Below are positions 25,465 through 32,000 of a stretch of 32,000 nt of DNA, in pieces. The notes below the pieces were generated by a model. It saw nothing but the letters and a program-made list of their open reading frames with translations. It did no database searches and had not been told where the DNA came from. The position numbers and the translations under genes were made by a program. Each line of letters starts with the position of its first letter. The stretch's first letter is position 1. Source of the stretch: Gemmata obscuriglobus (lineage in GTDB: Bacteria; Planctomycetota; Planctomycetia; Gemmatales; Gemmataceae); contig NZ_CP042911.1 in assembly GCF_008065095.1 (NCBI RefSeq), forward strand, positions 6,060,001 to 6,092,000, given 5' to 3'.

Positions 25465-26640
25465 GGAGCACGGACACCGCAGTGACAATGGTGGTTCGGC
25501 ACGTGCGCCGACCGCAACTGGTGCCGATTCTGAGCACTCAACTGACCGGCGCCAGCGTGGTAAACGACCTCTCACGCCCGACGTACCCGGAATCGCTCTC
25601 AGTCCGAGACCTGGGACGACCTCATCGTGTGCAAGTACCGTGCTCGACCGCTTCCAGTCGCCCGGCCCACGGCCACTGGAACCGACCGCCGTGTGCTGAT
25701 CTGTATGCCCGTCTTCTGTGCCGGCGGCCACTGAAAACGGCCGCTCTTTCCGCAGCCGGAACCGTTGCTCTGCTGCCGTTCGCTCCCATTTTGTTTCATC
25801 GGCTGATCCCATTTCGCCATCCCGTACTCTCGTCGCAGGCAGCGATTGCAACCGACGGTGACGCCACATTCGCCACAAGAAATTACCGCAAATAAACTTG
25901 CGCCATTCAAACCCGTAAGAGTATTCCGCGCGCTGGGTGTCGTGCGTTCCGCATGTGCGGATTGTGCGACCGCGTCGAGCGGTAGCGGGCGGGTAGTTCT
26001 CGGGTAGCGAACCGCTACCGTTCCGCCCGCAATTGGCCCGTCGATACCCCATCGCTTCCGATTCCATCCCGCTCCCTCCCGTGATCCCGAAAACCGACCG
26101 GCGAGGGCGTTCGTCATGCCGATTCGTCATCGGGTCGCTGTAACCCACGTTACACCTCGTGCCCCCCCCAATCCTGCCCGGCCCGGCGCGAGCAGCGGTC
26201 GGGAAGTTTGGAGGGAGTCCGGAGGTAACGACCGGCCAACTTTTCGATCCGGCGGACTACTCCAGTGGAAGTTCGGTGGCAGTGCGCGGGTAGCGAACGG
26301 CAGCGAATCGCCTGCTCGCACCCGCGTGCCTCCCGCCGCCGTTCCCGCATCGCCCACGAGGCTCATCACCGGGTTTCCCGCTGGGAAACCCAACCGGGGC
26401 TGTGCGGATCGCGCGCTGGCGTCATTCGACACCCACGCGCGGCCGGCGCGACAACGCGCTGCTCCTCAATTGCGGCTGATGGCAGGAGGCGAGGTGCGGA
26501 GAACTGACTTGATTAGCGCCCCTGCAGCGGCACAGGTTGAAGCCGGAGTCAGTTACCGAACCAACGTAACGTTGGGTGACGCAATCCACGACCGAGGGAG
26601 TCTGGCGTCGTCACATCTCGAACACGGGCATCAGCACGCC

Positions 26641-27213
26641 CTAAGCCTTCGCGCCTATGGCCGTGCGGTTCCTGCCCCATGCCTTGCCGTTCGCCCCGGC
26701 CGGGCGGATCTGCGTGTGCAGGAGTGTGGCGGCGGCCTGGGCGTCGGGGCCGATCTGGCTGGCGGCCGCGCCCAGCGCGTCTGAGGTTTGCAACGGGTGC
26801 CGGCCCTGAGTCCGCTTGCCGCACGCCTCGCAGTGGCCGATGTGGACGCGGAACTTGCGGACCAGCGGCTGTCGCGGGCTCTCGGTCTGGAACTGGTCGG
26901 CCGCGCCGGTCTCGACGAGGCGGCCCCGGCAGTGCGGGCAGGCGGCGGGCAGGTGAGCGGCGTGGCACTCGGCGATCTGTTCGGGAGATGGTGGCGGGCG
27001 GTGCTCGTGGGTGCCGTGGGTATCGCCCGACTTGCGGCCGGGCCTCTTCGGGTCGGGCTTGGGGGAGGGGGGACATTTGCGGAACGGGGCGGCTTGACGC
27101 TTGCCGGAGCGGATCGCCTCGTCCAACTTCCGGGTCAGTTCAGCGACCTGGGCCGTGAGTTCAGCAACCTGTTTGGAGAGTTACCGGCAGCCGGGACACG
27201 CGAGCTCGTCCAT
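26641..27213 (-). pseudogene. IS66-family transposase (TnpC) N-terminal relic
   Basis: MDELACPGCR-TAA(27183-27181)-LSKQVAELTAQVAELTRKLDEAIRSGKRQAAPFRK...PKRPGRKSGD...CPHCRGRL...FRVHIGHCEACGKRTQGRHPLQTSDALGAAASQIG. It has an in-frame stop and loses homology after ~LLHTQ. Full-length proteins are about 500 aa. Confidence 0.75.
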
Positions 27214-27374
27214 GCCGTCATCGTAGTGACATGGGCATCGATCAGCGGTTAGATCGCGGCTAGAATTACGCCCGCCATCGCGGAAGCTGTGACCACTTCG
27301 TGAATCAGGTTTTGCTATCCGGGGGGCAGCTTTTCCATACGTGTCACGTTTCTCCTGTTGGAGGTCGCACTGCG

Positions 27375-28958
27375 ATGAAACAGTTCGTGGCAATCGCCGC
27401 AACGGCTCTCCTGCTTTCGGGCATCGGGTGGGCGGCCCGCCTCAGCCCGAGTGGTGAGGCCGCGCCACCAGCGGCCGCCGACGAGCCGAAGGCGAAGCCT
27501 CCCGAACGCCCGGTGAAACTGGGGAAGATTTCCGAGGTGCAGCCCGCGGCCCGGCCGGCAGTTGAGAAAGAGCGGGTCGAGCGCATCAAGGGGTTGATCG
27601 CGGACCTGGCCAAGTTGGAGAGCGCCGACATCGGCCTGTCAGCTACTTTGGGCGGCGATGACTTCGCGCCTGTCCCCGGCCAGTCACGCTTCGGCTCGTT
27701 CCTGCTCACCGATCACCGGGTGAACCAATCCGAAGCCCTCCGCGATCTGGTCGCCCTCGGCCCGGACGCGCTGCCCTACCTCCTGGACGCGCTCGACGAC
27801 AAGACGCTTACCAAGATCACCATCAAGCACGACACTCCGTTCGGCACGATGTGGTACGGTGGCGAAATGGGTGTGAATCCGGTCAACCCCGTGGAGGCCG
27901 CGGTCTACAAGGCACTGACGGAACCGCGCAAGAAGGAAAGCGGCGCCAAACGCGGAATCGAAGGCGGCACTCTGAAGTCCTACACGGTCACGGTCGGCGA
28001 CGTGTGCCTCGTCGCGATCGGTCAGATCGTCGGCCGGGGGTATTCCGCGGTCCGTTACCAACCGACCTCGAACATCGTCATCAACAGCCCGACCCACGAC
28101 GCCGAACTCTGTGCCAACGTGCGGGCCATCTGGAAGAGCAAGGATCCTGCAAAGAAGCTGGTGGATTCCCTCCTGGCCGATTACGCGACCGAAGGGATCT
28201 TCAACGGAACGTCTCTGGACGGATGGGGGGTGGGAAATCATTTCCAGTGCGGTGCGGCCCTTCGGCTGCTCTACTACTTCCCGAAAGAAAGCGTGCCGCT
28301 CATTGCGCGACGGCTGGGGAAGTTGGATGTGGCCGGTACCCCAGTACTGAGTGACTATATGCGTCAATGCGTCGCTAACGGCGTGCGAGCGGAGGATTTC
28401 ATCAAAGCCGTATCCTGGTCAAAAGAACCGGCCATCCGGTCCGCCGTCACCGATGTGTTCAAACGAGCCGAAGGGGTGCCCGTCCTGCGCGCGGCGCTGC
28501 CCGGGGTCGAAGACAAGGAACTGATCCGGGGCCGTCTCGAGTCATTCGTGAAGAACCTCCCGGCCAAGGAGAGCGGACCATACGGGGACGGGTATCACCT
28601 GTTGGTCGAGCTTTGCGAGCGCACGCCGGACACGACCAAGGCGGTCGTACAGGGCTACCTCCGCGGCGCGGGCGTGCAGCGCCGCCTGACGGTCTGTCTG
28701 ATCTTTGAAAAGGTCAAGGTGCCGTGGGGCACGGAGATACTCGCCCCTCTTCTCGACGATAACCGGGACACCGACTGGGGATCCTACCCCGTCGATCCCT
28801 CGGAGAATGAACCACGCTTGCCGATACGGATTTGCGACGCGGCCGCGGACACCCTGAGCCACAACCACCCCGAACTGAAGTTCACGCTCCGTGGCCAACA
28901 CGCGGACCTCGACAAACAGATTGCAGTGATGCGAGAACAATTGAAGCGGAAGAAATAA
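27375..28958 (+). CDS. Secreted/periplasmic hypothetical protein (527 aa)
   Basis: ATG 27375 gives the signal-peptide-like MKQFVAIAATALLLSGIGWAA. This is followed by a Pro/Ala/Lys-rich linker and a globular, possibly HEAT-like region (LVALGPDALPYLLDALDD). Confidence 0.7.
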   Translation: MKQFVAIAATALLLSGIGWAARLSPSGEAAPPAAADEPKAKPPERPVKLGKISEVQPAARPAVEKERVERIKGLIADLAKLESADIGLSATLGGDDFAPVPGQSRFGSFLLTDHRVNQSEALRDLVALGPDALPYLLDALDDKTLTKITIKHDTPFGTMWYGGEMGVNPVNPVEAAVYKALTEPRKKESGAKRGIEGGTLKSYTVTVGDVCLVAIGQIVGRGYSAVRYQPTSNIVINSPTHDAELCANVRAIWKSKDPAKKLVDSLLADYATEGIFNGTSLDGWGVGNHFQCGAALRLLYYFPKESVPLIARRLGKLDVAGTPVLSDYMRQCVANGVRAEDFIKAVSWSKEPAIRSAVTDVFKRAEGVPVLRAALPGVEDKELIRGRLESFVKNLPAKESGPYGDGYHLLVELCERTPDTTKAVVQGYLRGAGVQRRLTVCLIFEKVKVPWGTEILAPLLDDNRDTDWGSYPVDPSENEPRLPIRICDAAADTLSHNHPELKFTLRGQHADLDKQIAVMREQLKRKK

Positions 28959-29256
28959 GCCGCTGCCGGGAGCGGTAGGCAAGCCCCTTCTCATGGCAGC
29001 GGGTCTCGCGCCACTGTGCGGATCGAACTCCGCTCACCTTCATCCGTCGAACAAGGAGTTGGCAGGCAAAGAGACTAGGCCAAACGAGGGGCTAAACAAT
29101 TACACTTGCCGCGACCACAACTTCAACAGCCCTTCGTTCACCCCTGCGCTTGATCCACAGCAGTCAGGGCCACAGAACGGATCGGGGCTGTAGCCTGATT
29201 GAAGGTGTGAATCGAGTAACGATCGCGGCCCCTATATCAGTATGAACATCAAATCC

Positions 29257-29961
29257 CTAAGACAAATTCGATTTATGGCGATAGTGATCGAGCCACTCTT
29301 GGACCCGCTCCTCGATGCAGTACTGCCTCACATTCGCAACGACAACGATCGGCACCAACGAGACCAACACAACCGCCTCCACTGAGGCACCGAGCCGCTT
29401 CCACATAACCAGCGCCAAGAGTCCAGCGACGAGAAAAGCGAGTGGCCACGAAAAGTAGCTCAGCCGCATCGCCCACGACTTACACGCTCGGCAACACGGA
29501 AAATTATCAATATAATACAATTCTTGATAATCTACACAATTTCGAGTCTTGTAATGAACCTGAATCGACTCGCTGGGGCTGGGGCCTCCGCAGAAAGGGC
29601 AGGGTGCGTTCCAGGGGACACGGACCGTGCCGTCGAACAGCCGGAACTCCCAATCGGGGCGAGTCGCTTCGGAGGGAATGCGATAGGGGTTTGGGCGAAC
29701 TGAATTGATCCGAACCGTTGGTTGTAGCACCGGTTCTGCTGAGGCTGTGGACTGACACGCCGGTTGTGTGCCGCACTGTGGGCATCCGGTTCCCGGTACA
29801 CCAATTCGGGAACCGCACGTCACACACACCAAGTCTTCTCTGGTATCACCAACGGTTAACTGGACCCACGCGGGGCAGTGTTTACATTTGACCCGAGACC
29901 CAGCTAACGCCGGATCGAATTCGACCGCGTGACCACAGTTCGCACAGATCGCCGTGATCAT
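29257..29961 (-). CDS. Zn-ribbon-rich membrane protein (234 aa)
   Basis: It has several CxxC pairs (CANC...CKHC, CVTC...CPQC, CPFC...CRAC) and a C-terminal hydrophobic region (WPLAFLVAGLLALVMW ... VVLVSLVPIVVV). It lies in a lower-GC segment. Confidence 0.6.
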   Translation of the reverse strand: MITAICANCGHAVEFDPALAGSRVKCKHCPAWVQLTVGDTREDLVCVTCGSRIGVPGTGCPQCGTQPACQSTASAEPVLQPTVRINSVRPNPYRIPSEATRPDWEFRLFDGTVRVPWNAPCPFCGGPSPSESIQVHYKTRNCVDYQELYYIDNFPCCRACKSWAMRLSYFSWPLAFLVAGLLALVMWKRLGASVEAVVLVSLVPIVVVANVRQYCIEERVQEWLDHYRHKSNLS

Positions 29962-30009
29962 CGGCCGCTCCCTGTAGTCAGCTACGAACGCACCACACAG
30001 AACGCCATC

Positions 30010-30246
30010 TCAAACACCACAAGCAGACGGACCAACAACGTGCACATCGCCCCAATCCTGACCGATGATGATGAGCGTCGCATCGAGATCCCCGTGGAGC
30101 CGGCTCCACGGGCCGATTTCGTTTGAATCGAATGCCAGTAGATCAGGGTCGCCAGGGTTGCGAAGTCCTGGACAACGGTGGCAGTGCTTCCGCTCGGCTA
30201 CCAACGTTGCGTACTGTTCCCTTTTGGTTCCCAGTGAAGTCATCAC
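30010..30246 (-). pseudogene. Uracil-DNA-glycosylase-superfamily-like N-terminal stub
   Basis: 78-aa ORF reading ...KHCHRCPGLRNPG...IGPWSRLHGDLDATLIIIGQDWGD, then stop. It resembles the start of UDG-like proteins (a GQD-type motif), but about two thirds of a typical protein is missing. Its ATG at 30243 overlaps the upstream stop (TGATG). Confidence 0.35.
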
Positions 30247-30890
30247 GGATCGCCCCTCTCGATCGTCTCATACGCCCACGCCTGCGCTTCCGCTTCAGTG
30301 TCGAATGTTTTCACGCCCAGTACCGCCACGTGCCGCTGGGTCCGAAATATCGAGTTGATGGCCTCGCTCGCGTCGGATTTTCGGTCCTTATCCACACGTT
30401 CTTCATTCGACGCGGCGTACCCGATCACCCTGTAGCCCCTGATCTCACCATCGTTCGTGGAGCCGTAGCACCGCATCAGCGGCCCATCCAGTTTGGCAAA
30501 GAATTCGTCCTTCTCTTCCAATGAGCACATCCCGCCGGAGGCTGTCATCACTCTGGAACCCGTTGGCGCTTGACCCCACATGACGAGATACGGGATCGCT
30601 CGGGAACCGCCTTGTGGGACGGACCAGGTCCACGGCCGCCGCCGCCCGGTGAATCGTCCGTTCTCGAACGTCAGGATCGCAATTCCGCAGTGGTCACGTC
30701 CAGGCGGCAACACGTAATCCCCACCCAGCCAGCGTGCTTTGAGGAATTGCCGAAGGACCGGATCTCCACCCGCAAACGGCCGTGTAGTCTCTTGCTCTTT
30801 CCCCCGCTCCTTCCACAGGAGGTACAGACAGCACCCCAGGGAGGCGACGGTGAGTCCGATATGGGCTACTGCCCAGAGCCGCTTAAACAT
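30243..30890 (-). CDS. Membrane-anchored hypothetical protein (215 aa)
   Basis: ATG 30890 is preceded by GGAGGA. There is an N-terminal TM anchor (MFKRLWAVAHIGLTVASLGCCLYLLW). No family recognised. Confidence 0.6.
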   Translation of the reverse strand: MFKRLWAVAHIGLTVASLGCCLYLLWKERGKEQETTRPFAGGDPVLRQFLKARWLGGDYVLPPGRDHCGIAILTFENGRFTGRRRPWTWSVPQGGSRAIPYLVMWGQAPTGSRVMTASGGMCSLEEKDEFFAKLDGPLMRCYGSTNDGEIRGYRVIGYAASNEERVDKDRKSDASEAINSIFRTQRHVAVLGVKTFDTEAEAQAWAYETIERGDP

Positions 30891-30953
30891 CGATCCTCCG
30901 GTCGTCGAGATGGGGCGGGCTGTCGAGCAACCGTGCCGGGAGCCTTCCAAGTA

Positions 30954-31862
30954 CTAACGTTTGATCCCGTTGAGCGTCTCTAGCGCCATCAGCAATGCGT
31001 GGGTGCCCTTGCGGCCGTAGCCCTGCGCGCGAACGGCTTCGTAGAGCTGCTTCGCCAGCCCCAGCCCCGGCAGGGACAGGTTCATCTTCTCGGCTTCCGC
31101 CAGGGCGATGCCCATGTCCTTGATGAAGTGCTCGACGTAGAAGCCCGGCTCGAAGTTGCGGGCCAGCATCCGCGGCCCCAGCACCTCCAGCGCCTTGCTC
31201 CCGGCCGCGCCCACGCTCACGCTCTTGAACACCGTCTCCAGGTCCAGGCCCGCCTTGTAGCCGTACAGCAGCCCCTCGCACACCGCGATCATGTTCGACG
31301 AGATCAGGATCTGGTTCACCATCTTGGTGTGCTGGCCGGCACCCGGCGCGCCCTGGTGAACGATCGTCTTCCCCATGCACGCGAACACCGGCTGAACGGC
31401 GTCCACCACCTCCTTGTCCCCGCCGATCATGATCGACAGGGCCGCGTTCTTCGCGCCCACGTCGCCGCCGCTCACCGGGGCGTCCAGCGCCGCCACGCCC
31501 TTCGCCTTCGCCGCCTCGTAAATCTCCTTCGCCAGCGACGGCTCCGAGGTGGTCATGTCCACCAGCACCGTGCCCGGCTTCGCACCCGCGAGTGCGCCGT
31601 CGGCACCCAGGAACACCTCCCGCACGTCCTTCGGGAACCCGACGATCGCGAACACGATGTCCGCTTGCTCCGCCACCGCCTTCGGGCTATCAGCCAGCTT
31701 CGCGCCGGCGTCTACGAGCGGCTGCGCCTTGTCCGCCGAGCGGTTGTACACCGTGGCCGAATAGCCGCTCGTCATGGCGTGCTGGCACATCCACCGGCCC
31801 ATCACGCCGGTGCCGATCCAGCCGATGCGGGTTTTTCCGGGTTGCGCGACTGGAATTTGCAT
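30954..31862 (-). CDS. NAD(P)-dependent 3-hydroxyisobutyrate dehydrogenase / 2-hydroxy-3-oxopropionate reductase family oxidoreductase
   Basis: Rossmann motif [17 protein letters not shown], and [14 protein letters not shown] with the catalytic Lys are present. The 302-aa length is typical of the HIBADH family. Confidence 0.9.
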   Translation of the reverse strand: MQIPVAQPGKTRIGWIGTGVMGRWMCQHAMTSGYSATVYNRSADKAQPLVDAGAKLADSPKAVAEQADIVFAIVGFPKDVREVFLGADGALAGAKPGTVLVDMTTSEPSLAKEIYEAAKAKGVAALDAPVSGGDVGAKNAALSIMIGGDKEVVDAVQPVFACMGKTIVHQGAPGAGQHTKMVNQILISSNMIAVCEGLLYGYKAGLDLETVFKSVSVGAAGSKALEVLGPRMLARNFEPGFYVEHFIKDMGIALAEAEKMNLSLPGLGLAKQLYEAVRAQGYGRKGTHALLMALETLNGIKR

Positions 31863-32000
31863 TGCGTAAGTCCCGTGAAGGAAGTATGTATATCTGCTAC
31901 AACTTTCGCGATGGTCGAATTGCCAGGGTCCGTCTCACCCCCAGGCACGATGCCGGCGACTGGCGTTCATGTTAGTGAACCCATTGCTCTGCTGACACAA

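Noticed and set aside
25514-25527. Sigma-54-like element upstream of rtcA (minus strand CGGCAC-CAG-TTGC).
   Set aside because: The GG-to-GC spacing is two nucleotides short of the TGGCAC-N5-TTGC consensus, and no RtcR-like activator is present.
25465-26148. The 576-aa version of the rtcA ORF, with a 228-aa N-terminal extension.
   Set aside because: RtcA homology begins at MSDGMIEIDGSEGEGGGQ (ATG 25464/25452). The extension has no protein-like features and would make the protein far longer than the family norm.
26001-26298. 12-bp direct repeat CGGGTAGCGAAC (26001-12 and 26287-98) and a 7-bp/3-nt-loop hairpin GGTAGCG-AAC-CGCTACC in the spacer.
   Set aside because: Rough expectation for this composition is that repeats and stems of this size occur by chance within a few hundred bp. 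There is not enough evidence to call a repeat family or an RNA.
26561-26575. Palindrome CCAACGT-A-ACGTTGG.
   Set aside because: A 7-bp arm with fixed spacing is expected several times by chance in 32 kb, and no second copy or associated gene start was seen.
29018-29033. T-arm-like hairpin GCGGATCGAACTCCGC downstream of the secreted-protein gene.
   Set aside because: The loop is one nucleotide short of a T-loop, and no acceptor-stem partner exists within the required distance.
1-32000. Search for CRISPR arrays, rRNA and tRNA genes.
   Set aside because: No regularly spaced direct repeats and no cloverleaf-compatible or rRNA-like segments were seen by eye. A covariance-model scan would be needed to be certain.

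Overview
High-GC bacterial window, probably a Planctomycetota (Gemmata-like) chromosome. That assignment is an inference from the ECF sigma/Ser-Thr kinase pair, giant ORFs, weak Shine-Dalgarno usage and heavy IS load. It has four zones. (1) 1-1618: a Hanks-type kinase (runs off the left edge) and its ECF sigma factor. (2) ~1770-11915: an insertion-sequence graveyard. It holds two ISKra4-like elements with frameshifted transposases, an ISH3/IS4-like IS nested in the first, an IS5-family (IS427-like) element, and a truncated IS4-superfamily transposase. It also holds a 272-bp MITE and a ~103-bp mini-MITE sitting inside the IS5 transposase. These are interleaved with decayed phage/plasmid-type replication genes: an SNF2 helicase N-terminal stub, a frameshifted Zn-ribbon gene, and a family A DNA polymerase with three 1-nt deletions and a 3' truncation. 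(3) 11916-25464: one intact minus-strand array, rtcA - NrdG-like radical SAM - 392-aa unknown - 190-aa unknown - intrinsic terminator - membrane-less FtsH-like AAA+/M41 protease - 85-aa peptide - two tandem paralogous ~1150-aa proteins. This is the most interesting part: a candidate uncharacterised proteolytic/conflict system, shaped like the computationally predicted FtsH ternary systems but with extra components. (4) 25465-32000: an ORF-poor ~1.1-kb spacer, an IS66 transposase relic, a secreted protein, a lower-GC islet (Zn-ribbon membrane protein, UDG-like stub, membrane-anchored protein) and a HIBADH-type oxidoreductase. I found no rRNA, tRNA or CRISPR array. Many long ORFs in the track are antisense or off-frame artefacts of the high GC content.
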